A DNA stretch of 63,873 nucleotides, counting the filler, from Asterionella formosa (Eukaryota): assembly GCA_002256025.1 (NCBI GenBank). It is 12 parts of 12 records of this genome, joined end to end, with 100 filler letters (N's around TTAATTAATTAA, not from the genome) between each part and the next. Parts side by side here need not be neighbours in the genome. Positions count along the whole stretch, not along the records: positions 10,583 to 15,895 come from NKIB01013123.1; positions 15,996 to 21,305 come from NKIB01013124.1; positions 21,406 to 26,715 come from NKIB01013125.1; 9 more parts are not named here. The stretch is one strand, 5' to 3'. The notes under the pieces are model-generated. The model was given only the letters and a program-made list of their open reading frames with translations, did not search any database and had not been told where the DNA came from. The translations under genes were made by a program, and so were the position numbers. How positions within the stretch are numbered: the first letter of the stretch is position 1; each line of letters opens with the position of its first letter. Positions 10,711-23,300 of the stretch are shown here, in pieces.

Positions 10711-12411
10711 AACCCATCCTTCCCCGAAGAAGCCTCTCGTTTGAACGAGCGCGGAAATCTCCCCCTCCATGCAGCTTGTTCCTTCCAAGCGACTGCCGAT
10801 GTCGTTGAGGCGCTTCTGAAGGCATACCCAGGCGGGGCGTCGCAGCCCAACTCGGCGGGGAATCTGCCCATCCACCAGGCTTCCATGTGGCAAGCCCCCG
10901 TTGAGACAGTTGAGCTCTTATTGTCGCGTCACCCTGAAGGAGCCACTGTGCGCAACCAGTATGGTTCCTTGCCTCTACACATGGCTGCCTCCAACCAGGC
11001 TGCCCCAGAAGTCGTCCGCCTATTGATCGACTCCTACCCGGATGCTCTCCATCTCCAGAACGATGACGGCATGACTCCCCTTGACTTGGCCTTGGCCGAT
11101 GAATCTGCCAGCGAAGCCGTCGTTGCCATGTTGGAAGGCCGTCCTCCACCTCCAGAATTGACACGAAGGCAAAAGGCGGAAAAGTACGAAGAACGCGCCA
11201 AGGCATTGGAGCGCAAGTTGAACGGCATGAAAGAGACGGGTGGTCGCCAACACAAGGATTTGATTGAAGCTTTGATGGCAGTTCGTCGTTTGGCGGATCG
11301 CTTTCCTCATGCCCTCTTTTCTGCTGGTCTAGACCCAAACGAGCTTGAAATTGCATTTTCTGAACAAGGAGGACCTGCAGATCAAATCATAATGGATGCT
11401 ATCAGGAAGCGTACCTCTGGAGCTGTTCGCGATAGTCGCAGTGGACCCATGGCTCAGAGTGGGGCGATTTCCAAGGTTGACATTGGCCCCAGAGATCGTG
11501 TCGAGGACCTTTTGGCTTCAGTTGTTGGTTTGGAACATGTCAAGAGCCAAGTTCGCGGGCTTCGTCGTACAGCTGAGATCTGTGATCTACGGGAATCGCT
11601 TATCCCCACTGGAGTCCGCACTCGTGGTCCATCGCCACGTGCGTTGCTACCTCCAGGCTTGTCAGATGAAGGTGGACGTCCTCGGGCGACCCACATGGTT
11701 TTCGTGGGAAATCCAGGGACTGGTAAGACCGCTGTGGCACGACTCTTGGCCAAATGCTACTATGAGCTGGGTCTCCTCCGCAAGCCTAAGTTTTTGGAGG
11801 TTGAACGTATGGACTTGGTCGGTCGTGACAAGCAGCAAACAATTCTCAAGACCCAAGAAGTACTAGATGAAGCACGGGGTGGAATCCTATTCATTGACGA
11901 GGCATACACCCTTGGAATGGGAAGCAAGAAAAACATGGTTGATACAGGATATGATGCCATGACGGAGATTGTTAACAGCATGATGGAGGCTGGCACGAAG
12001 GAAGATAGTGAGACACATCCTTTAGTGATTCTTGCTGGCTTCCCCGCTGAAATGGCTGCTTTCTTGGCTTTTAACGTGGAATTGCGGAAGAAGTTCCCCC
12101 TTACCTTTGAGTTTCCCGACTATACTTGCCAAGAACTAGCGAGAATATTTGTTGATCAGGCCATTTCTAAGGGATTTGACTTGGATGATGATGTGTCTGA
12201 AGAGTATATCGCCAACCTTTTGCACCAGGAGACCACCTTGGCGTGGCGCAGTGAACGAAACGGTCGTGTTTGTGAGTTACTCTTAAGTGGAGCCCGAGCT
12301 CAAATTCGACGAAGAATGCGAGCGGCGCAAATGGACCAGAATGATGATTTTGATCCTCATTTAGTGATTCGCAAAGATTTGGAGGCTGTCATGCAGTCAG
12401 ACTTTAAGTAA
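10711..12411 (+). CDS. Ankyrin-repeat + CbbX/SpoVK-type AAA+ ATPase (5' end missing)
   Basis: Ankyrin motifs GNLPLHAA, GNLPIHQA, GSLPLHMAA, GMTPLDLA; VVGLEHVK, Walker A GNPGTGKT, Walker B ILFIDEAY, FEFPDY, NGR; probable splice acceptor at 10709-10710. Confidence 0.9.
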   Translation, partial: NPSFPEEASRLNERGNLPLHAACSFQATADVVEALLKAYPGGASQPNSAGNLPIHQASMWQAPVETVELLLSRHPEGATVRNQYGSLPLHMAASNQAAPEVVRLLIDSYPDALHLQNDDGMTPLDLALADESASEAVVAMLEGRPPPPELTRRQKAEKYEERAKALERKLNGMKETGGRQHKDLIEALMAVRRLADRFPHALFSAGLDPNELEIAFSEQGGPADQIIMDAIRKRTSGAVRDSRSGPMAQSGAISKVDIGPRDRVEDLLASVVGLEHVKSQVRGLRRTAEICDLRESLIPTGVRTRGPSPRALLPPGLSDEGGRPRATHMVFVGNPGTGKTAVARLLAKCYYELGLLRKPKFLEVERMDLVGRDKQQTILKTQEVLDEARGGILFIDEAYTLGMGSKKNMVDTGYDAMTEIVNSMMEAGTKEDSETHPLVILAGFPAEMAAFLAFNVELRKKFPLTFEFPDYTCQELARIFVDQAISKGFDLDDDVSEEYIANLLHQETTLAWRSERNGRVCELLLSGARAQIRRRMRAAQMDQNDDFDPHLVIRKDLEAVMQSDFK

Positions 12412-14513
12412 TTCTTCGTTTCAACGTTCCTCTTCTCGTTGGACGAGGACATGGTCTAATCTGCATCAGTGTTTTTCTACTTAGTGCCTTCAAAAAGTAA
12501 ATATGACATATTTGTATACGCAGTTTTTCTTGTAGTATTGTCTTGTTGCCTACTATGCCATTTATTTATTTCCATTAGTATTTACCACTGGTAGCAATGC
12601 AAGGGCAGGCCTTCGATAAAGTGTGGCTGCTGGCGGTTTTTGGTGAGCCAATCAGTTAATAATAATTTTCAATTTGTTGGGTTTTCTACTACTACTGCTT
12701 TCACTTTTGAAATGTTGCAATTAATTGCGAAAGTTTATACAATGACAAATCTTGCAGATATCTTACAGAGTGTTTTCCAGAACAGCCTTGAACGGTTTGG
12801 AATCTTGGATACTTTGCTGATTGAGGTTATGCAAATAGGGATAAACCAAATGTTTTTTTAACACCCACCCCTGTGAGTGAATAGCAAGGAATATAGTTCT
12901 AGGTGAGGTACCTGAAAGCTTATCACCTTGAATGAATGAATGGATTTTATGAGGAGTTAGTTGGCCCAGGAAACTTGAGATTCGGTTTTATCTCAAGGGG
13001 ACTGATTAGAATTGGGTAAACTCATAACTAATTGGCAGGCTTCGGGATTTCTGACTCTGAAACAACCTCCAATCAATTGATCTCATAATTTTTTATCTAG
13101 CACGCCTATGCAACATGCTTGCCCTCTTTGGGACACTTGTGTCTCATGACAAGACTTATGTTGAATGTATGTACCGGTACTTGTTAAACTAGTTTTGCGC
13201 AGACAAATATGTTGCTCTTGCTTATACCAGTACATACATACAGTACACCAGTATGTACACTTGTTGTTCATATCTTGCTCATTTCAATTCTAGACAAAGC
13301 AACTTCAACTCAATTACCAACTTGTTCGACTGTGGCCTTTCCTGCAAATCTTTCTTGCTTCCCATTGTTTTGGTTTGGGTTGTTCTGCATCAACTAATCT
13401 CTAGACTTGTAGTTGGTTTTTCGNNNNNNNNNNNNNNNNNNNNNNNNNNNNNNNNNNNNNNNNNNNNNNNNNNNNNNNNNNNNNNNNNNNNNNNNNNNNN
13501 NNNNNNNNNNNNNNNNNNNNNNNNNNNNNNNNNNNNNNNNNNNNNNNNNNNNNNNNNNNNNNNNNNNNNNNNNNNNNNNNNNNNNNNNNNNNNNNNNNNN
13601 NNNNNNNNNNNNNNNNNNNNNNNNNNNNNNNNNNNNNNNNNNNNNNNNNNNNNNNNNNNNNNNNNNNNNNNNNNNNNNNNNNNNNNNNNNNNNNNNNNNN
13701 NNNNNNNNNNNNNNNNNNNNNNNNNNNNNNNNNNNNNNNNNNNNNNNNNNNNNNNNNNNNNNNNNNNNNNNNNNNNNNNNNNNNNNNNNNNNNNNNNNNN
13801 NNNNNNNNNNNNNNNNNNNNNNNNNNNNNNNNNNNNNNNNNNNNNNNNNNNNNNNNNNNNNNNNNNNNNNNNNNNNNNNNNNNNNNNNNNNNNNNNNNNN
13901 NNNNNNNNNNNNNNNNNNNNNNNNNNNNNNNNNNNNNNNNNNNNNNNNNNNNNNNNNNNNNNNNNNNNNNNNNNNNNNNNNNNNNNNNNNNNNNNNNNNN
14001 NNNNNNNNNNNNNNNNNNNNNNNNNNNNNNNNNNNNNNNNNNNNNNNNNNNNNNNNNNNNNNNNNNNNNNNNNNNNNNNNNNNNNNNNNNNNNNNNNNNN
14101 NAATAAATCCTAAAAAAACCGATTCGTCATGACAAAAGGCGCTATTCAAGCGGCCAACCAAGCAAAGCAAGAACAAATCATTCATGTGAGACAGAACTAC
14201 AAGATAGGAATGAAATCCGATAGAAACAGAATACAGAAAGAGGAAGGGATGGAAAACCAGACTAAGCGTAATGCAGGAGCAGTGAAAAAAGTAATTGCAT
14301 GAATGTTGGAGAATTCATGGCAATGGTATCAACACAATTCAACCAGAAGAAGAACCAGGTAAAGACAGCAACAAGAGAAAAGAAAAAGAAAAGAAAAAGT
14401 TTAACCCAGTTTTCACTACAGTGAGCGCTATTACAGTGCAAGAAGGAGAATACAAGAATGGCGATGAGCTAAACATTGACAAGAACAAAGGAGAAGACAG
14501 AGAAATAAAAAGT

Positions 14514-14880
14514 TAATATGTTTTATAGCCCATTTGTACTCCCCTCATCTTTCAAGGCAAGTATTTCATTGTGCTACCTGCCGACAAGACCTGTGCTTCC
14601 CTAGTTTTGTTAGCATAGGTGAGTCCCCAACCACCTTTCGCGAAAGGTGATCATCTTAGCCTCAGCATTAGGGGAAACTCCGACCGCCTACTAGGAAGGC
14701 GGCACAAGCTGCTTGTAGGGGGGCAACCCACTATTTCTTGCATACCAGGCAAGACGGTCGTGTGGGATGGTAAGGAGTGTGGGAGTCGAACCCAACAACT
14801 GCTTCTCAAAAAAGTTGTGGGAATCGAACCTCACAACCTCAGATCAAAGGCAACGTGCTAAAGCACGAAGCCATTCCCCT
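14514..14880 (-). mobile_element. tRNA-derived SINE-like element
   Basis: Minus-strand head GGGGAATGGCTTCGTG (A-box-like) ...GGTTCGATTCCC (B box), a second GGTTCGACTCCC, an AT-rich tail, and degenerate direct repeats at 14492-14513 and 14881-14903. Confidence 0.6.
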
Positions 14881-15530
14881 AGAAGACAGAAGAATAACGA
14901 AGTCACTAATGAAGAAATTGTGCCAGAGCTGGATGTGCTGCTCAAAGCAATATATTTTTGTGATGACAAAAACAATGAAGACAACAAAGACAACAAAAAG
15001 ACAAAGACAAAAAATGAGTTGGAAGCCCTTGAATCACCAATTGTTATGGATACTTCAAATTGAACCACCAGAAGTGGGGCCAAAATGGAAAGCTTTATTT
15101 AACCCAATCCACACTCACCATCCAATTCTCCAGCTGACTTGGAGAAGTGAGTTCACAGAGAACTGAACCAAGAACAAAGCTACCACAATTTTTTTCTAAC
15201 TACTTCCACACAAGGAAGTGACTACCACCCAAACCTTTCCACTGCCCATGTCATTTTTGTAGTTATGCACTTAGAATACTGGTAAAAGGGATTACAATAC
15301 CGGTATCAATAGCGGTATTCATACCGGTAGTACCGGTATTTACCATCGTCATGTAGACGGAGAAATTCAAGAATAACGGATCGCTCATGCGCAGGGGGAA
15401 TGAAGCAGAGGAAGGTAATACCGGCAGAGACGACTTTTCTCGTTACTGTATTATTATTGTCATTGCACCTCCATTACAACCATACATATAAATATACAAC
15501 GTCGACAAGCCTGCAATTGATGCTTTTATA

Positions 15531-15895
15531 ATGAGAGCCTCTCGTGTCCTTCTTCTTATTCTATATCTATTACTATCGGTGGTTGCTAGAAGCGATCAAT
15601 CAGAAGAACCAATTCAGCAGCAAGAAGCACCGCCTCCAACAACAAATGAAGCGCCAGAAGCAACCGATCCATTGGCAAACCACGCGTCTGCCTCGCAAGA
15701 GCTACTCCACTTGCACATGGCCACGGAAGAAATGCTGCAGACACATGATCGGGGCGTGCATGCGTTGGTCACGGATGTTACTAGTCAAATTGAAGCCATG
15801 TTAGCAGAGATTGAATTATTACGCGAAAACGAGGAGAGCCTGGTGCTGCGAACAGAAAACTTGGATGCAATGATCAAACAAACAAATGTGATGCA
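15531..15895 (+). CDS. Secreted protein with a coiled-coil-like segment, 3' truncated
   Basis: Signal peptide MRASRVLLLILYLLLSVVA; frame stays open to the contig end. Confidence 0.65.
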
Positions 15896-16335
15896 NNNNN
15901 NNNNNNNNNNNNNNNNNNNNNNNNNNNNNNNNNNNNNNNTTAATTAATTAANNNNNNNNNNNNNNNNNNNNNNNNNNNNNNNNNNNNNNNNNNNNTCTCC
16001 GGCTAATATAATAGCCCTTCCTATTTAAATATTGTTCCGAACCCGATGGTGTATATAATTTATGTTCTAAATAGTCTACCGGTAGAATTAGATGAACCTG
16101 ACCTCGATTTATTTTTGGCGCGACCAGGTACCAGGTACCAGGTAGCACGGTAACTGGTACTGGTACCAGGACCCAGTTACCACTTCGCATGACACAAATC
16201 ACTTTAAGTCCTGTAAGGAAGCAGTTCTGATGGTTGAAAGATTTGCCAAGTAGCTGGAAAGAAATTACACAAACGGATTAGGCTCAGTTTAGTTTATCTC
16301 ATTGTGCTGCCAACTCAATAGAATACTCAAAGGTA

Positions 16336-17083
16336 CTCCCTCAGGACGAAACGAAAACAATTGCATCAAATTCTCCCAGGGCAATATATCTATTACGATT
16401 TTCTCTAGATCCAGTGCCCTAATGTGTGCCTCTCTCTCTAAGCTAGAGTTTTTTCGATTTTCGCTTTTGGCTAGTATCTTGAGCAAATTGCAGATGCATG
16501 AGGACCCATTTTTCTTCCAAACACTTATTCTCTGCCTATATACATACAAAGTAGGAAATGACAGTACTAGAACAAAGGCAACTTACCTTCGATTATGGAT
16601 TGCGCAACCGCAAAAATGGCGATGATGGGAAAGAAGGTGATGATGGGATGCTTTCTTTGATGAATGGAACTGTTAAATATCTGGAAGGATGGTCCATGTA
16701 AATGGAACAATCGTAGATATTAAATGGAATGAATGTGTTTCAAGTTATTTGGTCATTATGATGTTTACATGTTATATCTGATTTGCTGCAAATGATGTTT
16801 GAGTGGCCGGCTGATGAAAACAGCATTTGGCGATATGTACAAGTTTCGAATGTATTTATGTATGTTAAATTCATTTCGATACATTTATTTGAATACTAAT
16901 AATTTAATACTAACAAAAACAGAGTATATGTTCACGTCTATGTAGCTAATAATGGACGCAATTTTTCCAGTAAGCCGACCTTCATGTAGAAAATATTATG
17001 TTTTCTACATAATCAGTCCTAAAAATAAGCTGCTTGGTACTTGAGTCGCTGCAATTGACGCACTTGTTGTCGCCCAGAGGGAG
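16336..17083. mobile_element. Non-autonomous Tc1/mariner (Stowaway-like) TIR element
   Basis: TA|CTCCCTCAGGACGA ... TCGCCCAGAGGGAG|TA; internal sequence recurs inverted at ~25050-25340 and ~52780-53340. Confidence 0.7.
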
Positions 17084-17457
17084 TACCATGATATGCATGA
17101 CTTGCCACATTCATGTAGATAATGAAGACTGAGGCAGGACTAGGGAATCTTACCGTATTATATGTATTGCGGCAACCGAACCTCCTGGAGGAAGAAGCAG
17201 AGAGCAAGCCGCAACAGTGAGGATGAAATGAGCAACATTAACATGGCAAGAGGGTTCAAATTAGATTTTATACAGTAATATGATATTTCCAGTGCAGGTA
17301 CATATTTCGCCTCGTGTTCTTGTCATACAAATGATTGGCTACGTAGGCTACAAAAATGTATTAGTAAATAACTCGACAGTTGTGGAAGTTGTGAAGTCGC
17401 AATTTTGGCCAAGAAAGCCTTAGACCTGCCTGTTGTCTGCCTCACCCTTGGACCCTA

Positions 17458-20268
17458 CATCTTAGCCGCGAAATACCCCACTTTTCGAAATTTGTTCTAT
17501 GTAGGAGTGTTAATTATGTGGTACTTCACATGAATTAATGCTACTCTTCCCTTAGAAAAGGTTACTTTTAACGGTTTCATGTGAAGATTTCACAAAAAAC
17601 TTTGACCTCGAGACTGAATTAGTTGATGTTTCAAATAATTCATTTCAAAGTTCAACTACTAAGACCTGCTCTTGAGGTTAATTCATTTACAACATGCATT
17701 TTCCTTTGTGAAATAGTAAGGATATTTGTGGTGTCTTAATTCATGCTACAGTGTATGGTTGTGCACTTCACATAAATAATATTTACTATTATACTGAACA
17801 AGATAGATAACTTGTAGTGCATTCATGTGGTGGTTCATGATCTACGGTTATTTCCAAGGCAGGACTAGTTGATGTTACAACTAAATATTTTAAAAGTTCA
17901 AGATAATTTTTTTAAAGGATAAATCATTGCGAAAGACAACTTCACTACAAATTGTTTGATTGCAATTTGCCCTTAATCGATTGAGAAAAACGGAGCGAAA
18001 TGGATCTCGAGAAATATCGCGACATGATTCGTGATGCAAGCGACAACCAACCCTAATGAGCACAAAACAGGTACGGAACGAATCATTTAATATTGAATTT
18101 GAAATGCTAAACTAAATATCTATTCGAATTAGTGTGTGTTATCGACTGAAAATCTTTGGAGTGCTATCGGGCATAAATTGATGGAGAAAATCGAAGCGAT
18201 GTGGTTGTCGGCAACTGGGTGCATGAAGCATGTCAACAATCATCCTTACCATCAATATTGTCAGCATCCAATATGAATTCTCTTGTTCTTTTACATAAAC
18301 TTTATTTCTTATGAACTCTTAAGATAAAAAATATATGAATAACATACCTATATTGTGAATATGTCTGGAATGGCATCGTGATGCTGAGTGTGTTGACCTC
18401 AGCTAATGAATAGGTATTGGTACCAGGTACCGGTATACAAGGCCTACACAGGGCTATGATACATACTACCTGGTACCTTGTGTCTTTTGACGCTGCACTC
18501 AGACATACTAACAAATAGCTATATTGTATGGTACCAGCAGGTACTCCTGCTGGCTGACAGGAACCAGGTCGTCGTTACAAGTGTGAGACTGTAGGTTTGC
18601 CCTACCAGTATTTCCATCTTCCCCTTCTTGTTACAAAAGGAATTATGCCGTTCGTACTGTGAAACTGTACTCATTTCTACGTGCGTACTGTGGAACTGTA
18701 GGTTTGCCCTACCAGCATTCCCGTATTCCCCTTATTACAATAGAATATGGCGTTCGTACTGTGAATATAATAAGAGTAACCATTGGCTGTGTCCTCTCCT
18801 TCTTGTCATATTTGTTTAAGGTCACACTTAAATCATCAGAATTTGTCCCGACGAAGTAAGACTGCGCCAGGTTTTTTCGTGTAGATTGTAAGTTCTGTTG
18901 GTACAAAGATGAAGTCATGGCTGCGCCAGGATTTTTGACCCTCTGAATTCATAAAGACAGCATTTAAACACCACTGTGCACAAAATGTTTTCAACATAGG
19001 GCTTACCCTTAAAACCAGCATCCCCCGTCTAGTTTTTCAGCGTCTCACCATTAACAAATCCTTCGTCGCTCAGCCAAGAACTCACATATTTTTGTTTGTT
19101 GCAACAACAGAATGTGGAATGATGCAACATTGAGATCGTAAGCAATCGATGCTTTTAAGGTAAGGTTTATTTGCTTGTTATTTTTGCTATCATATCACCA
19201 AGCAAGGGATAACTCATACTGATATGCTGTTGTTTTCAGCATTCATTTGACATTTGAACAGGCAGGCCTTTTCAGAAAAAGAGTGTTCTTTGGAAAGCAT
19301 GAGTGATAAAAGATGAAATGATACAATATGGAGATCCGCAATGGAGGCCTTGAAGGTGAGCTTAATAATCTTCAGTTTTTGTCCTTATATCAGCAAAGCG
19401 AGCGATAAATCACGTGGTTCTATTATTGTTGTCTAGATTTATTTTACATTTTAGCCGTCCCTTTCACAACAGGAGCATTCTTTTGAACGCATCAGTGAGT
19501 TGTGTTGCAGCCTGGCTGATGCTGGCTGGTTTGTTGTTTCAATTCGACTGCCCCAAGAAACAGTTGAATACTACCACATCTGTGTGTTGCTTTCTGCTGT
19601 TGCTAGTTCTATCATAAGAATTTCTGACACACTGTTGTTATGTAAATCTTTGCAGGTAAATGACGAAGTCATTTCAAGGACAAGAAGGAATCCAGTGTGT
19701 GATGCATTCATGTTGCAACTTCGTACAATGACGCCTGTTCAAGAGTGAGTAATTTTTCCCTTCTGAATGAATGGCTTCTCTTCGTGTTGCAATGTCCTTA
19801 CAGGTGTCTCATAATGCCTGACTTCTCAAGACCGAAGATTCCATTCTGATAGAACAGCTTTGTTTGATTGCATATCGAGGTTTGATTGCATAACGAGATT
19901 TGTTTCCCATTATTTGATAGTACTTTTTAATTACGTGAACAAAATTACAGAATTGCGTAAACAAATTTAATACATTACGTGAACTATATTATAGAATTAC
20001 GTAAACAAAATTATTAGGCAATGTGAACTAAATTACAGAATTAATTGAAGTATTTCAAATAATTATGTGAAGGTGATCACATAATATAGTGATGATCAGG
20101 AATGCATGCATGATACTCTGATCAAGTAATTAACGCGATGTATTCAGATAATATATAGATATATATTCAAGTAAGCATTTGATGTATTAAACTCATTCAT
20201 ATGATCCATTCAAAATCAACTAGGCTTATTTACGTGAAGATCACTTCACGTAATACGCGGCTTAGATG
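17458..20268. mobile_element. 2.8-kb TA-flanked TIR element with no intact transposase
   Basis: TA|CATCTTAGCCGCG ... CGCGGCTTAGATG|TA; the left subterminal region recurs inverted at 43018-43381. Confidence 0.75.
18780..19158. repeat. Dispersed ~380-bp repeat, second copy at 46148-46555
   Basis: Near-identical GGCTGTGTCCTCTCCTTCTTGTCATA...CCCGACGAAGTAAGACTGCGCCAGG...GATCGTAAGCAATC. Confidence 0.9.
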
Positions 20269-20300
20269 TAGGGATTACATGATTAAGTCATGTGGAGAAT

Positions 20301-20358
20301 ATGGGAATCAAACCCATAGCCTCATAAAGCGTGCTATCCACTAAGCCATTCCCTGAGG
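20301..20358 (-). mobile_element. tRNA-like Pol III promoter head (SINE remnant)
   Basis: Minus strand GGGAATGGCTTAGTGG (A box) ...GGGTTTGATTCCC (B-box-like), similar to the head at 14817-14880. Confidence 0.5.
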
Positions 20359-23300
20359 TTACAAACAGCTGTTTTACATCATAGCATTGATTGTTATCAT
20401 TTTAATTAGGATTTTATCCTTGCCTAATTTTTACTTGTGATGGATGCAGTTCGATTGCTGAGAGCAGCAGATTTGCCACTTTCGCAAATTTACTGGATAG
20501 TTGTAGTAGGCATTTTGTGTGTATAACTTCGGATATTGGATTTAGGCACCCTCCTACAAGTGATTACCACAATTCACTGAATTTGTGTGAGGTCTAAATC
20601 TGCTGCAACCAAAAGCAGTGAAACCCCCTATTGTGGAGGCAGCTGCCAAGATCAGGAAAAGAATAGGGGAGAAAGAGGATAAGTATTCAAAATTTCAGTA
20701 TGAAAAAATGCAAAGCAAGTTTATAATTGCATCGTTGGCATCCAGGTTTATACATGTAAAGTGCCCCATGTGGGCTTTAATTAGTACCCTTTCCCTAATA
20801 CTACTAAACTAGATAAAATAGTTGGCAGTTACTAGGTCTCCTTGATTCCCCATCAATTGAAGACCAAATCAAGAACCTATTCACTGGTGTTCTCATCGTC
20901 ATCTCACATTAACCTTCTAGCTGTCAAGGCGAAGTCTTGAATTTTCAGCAAGCTCCTTGAAGTAGTGGCACACAATTTGACTCGTTGGACTGTGGATAGG
21001 TTCCATGGTTGTTCACGTGACTCGTCATGGCCAACAATGGCTGAAAATGTTATGGTATGATGTACACGCAGTTATACTCCTGGTACCGGTACCGGTATAC
21101 ATACCGGCATACCGGTAGGTATGTTGTACTCCCTCTGTTCCGGTACCTGGTACCGGTACCAGGGTACCATGGTACCAGGTACCAGGTAACTTGTACCCGG
21201 TACATAGTGTACTCCGTACCAGTATAGGTATATACCTGTTAATTGCAACCAGACGCTGCCTTTCATGAAGCGCAAGCTCCGAAAATTCTCCGGCTAATAT
21301 AATAGNNNNNNNNNNNNNNNNNNNNNNNNNNNNNNNNNNNNNNNNNNNNTTAATTAATTAANNNNNNNNNNNNNNNNNNNNNNNNNNNNNNNNNNNNNNN
21401 NNNNNAAATGAAGATTTAAGATTGAATCGAACAAAGCAAATGATGACAGCTCAAATGCCGATTTCAACAAAAATCAGACGAAGGACATTTTCTTTTTTGC
21501 AGCTCCCCAGCTGCCTCCTCCATCATCATCATCATCATCATGTGTAGGAGTATATACACCGGTAGTATGCAAGGCAGCGATGGCTGATGTGCAACATCGT
21601 CTCCCGTCCGCCCAATTTGCGAGGTATATACTATTCTATATGATAGAGTGCAAACCGTGAAAGGAAAGGTCTATGATGAAGAGCGAAAGAAATTTAGAAG
21701 AGCGAGTTGTAACCGGTATGTATGTAGGAGTGCCATTTTCCTACTACCAGGTGAGCGGCATCATTACAGTTTAATATAGGGTTAGAGTTATATCAATTAA
21801 ATCAGAAGTAAATAATGAAAGAACTTGACTAACACCTTTTATATACTTTGGTGTCAACTACGAGAACAAGTTGTACATCAAGATTAAATAATAAACTAAT
21901 GTATTCAACAAATGCTACTACTTCTAGTTAGATACTTCACTATGAATTCAAAAAGAGTCAAATTAGAATTAATAATGTTGATATACTCTCAAGTCCCAGT
22001 GGTCCCATTGATGAAGGATAACAACATACTAAACATCAAGACTCAGACCTCTTTGAGTATCACTACCTGGTCGATTTTTGGAGTCTTTCAACCAAGATAT
22101 GATCAATGAACACTTGTTGATTGATTTCAGTAAATCCTGGCTGTGATATGGCTAACACATGTACCCTGCCCCCTCTTCAGGAGTCCAGCAGATTCCTTGC
22201 TTTTTCTGCTACTGTTACAAAAGATGCCTCACAAATATCACCATGTCTGATGGGATGAGCGTTGCAACACAATCAGATGCTAAGTCCCATGACAGACTCA
22301 ACAATGTCATGGTGATGTGGCTGGAGGATTATCTTGCTTCCTCATGATATCTTTGAGAGTCAGCAACAGCCAGTGGATGCCATGATAATACTCGATAAAA
22401 CATTTCAACATAATGGTGATGAAATTCGCTGCCTGTCTCAAGAACTATAATAAGAAGAACACAAAACAAATGATTTGCTTGGTTTTGAATTACTTCGAGA
22501 GTCAACAATCTTCCAAAGATAATTTCAAGCACATCCTCAAGCATGAGTTCTACTATAACACAATATCAACTTCGCATCGCTGAAGGCAATTGTGTTCTCT
22601 TGTGTCAATTTCTAACACAAAATCGTCTATATAAAGCTAGTTGAAGTTGAAGACAATCAGGTGATGCATCAAGAAACTAAGCGTGACTAGTGTCAATTTT
22701 TAACAAAAGATCGTCTTCGCATCGCTGAATGCAGTCGTGTGATCCATCAAGAAAACAAGCATGTCAAGTGTCAATTTGTACGCGATAAAAAAGTGGTAAT
22801 TGCAGGGCTCATGCATTTTAATGCAGCTGGACACGCATGGGATAGTGAAACAACGTCGGTCAAACATAAAGCCCGAGATATTGGGTTCCTGTTGCGTGGA
22901 AATTCTACGCAGAGCGAGTTATCATACTGACACAGCTAATCCCCCCCCCTGTTTATGTTTTTCTTGCGAGCATGTTTTCTACATAGTGGGTTATCCATGG
23001 GTTAATCATATGATGATGTCTGGTTAGGATACTGTGCTGAAGGCCACAATTGCCGACTTCTACAAATCTGCCCAGGAAATTTTAGTGGTCATGAACCCTC
23101 ATGATGTTCAGCTACTAGTCGCCTTTGTGCCAGAAGAGTGTGCGACAATTTGCGATGATATTTTTATAATATGTAAAAATATATATGATGGCATTGAATA
23201 TGTCTTACGTCAGTAATATGTCTTACGTCAGTCATTCCCTGTTTAACATTTTTTATTTCCAGGATAATTACAGGTTGGATATCGCCAAAATTGCAACGCT

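Noticed and set aside
13253..14185. Long ORFs spanning N runs (also 51918-52437)
   Set aside because: Artefacts of gaps at 13424-14101 and 51998-52293
14817..14880. Functional tRNA gene
   Set aside because: Acceptor and anticodon stems do not pair properly; better explained as a SINE head
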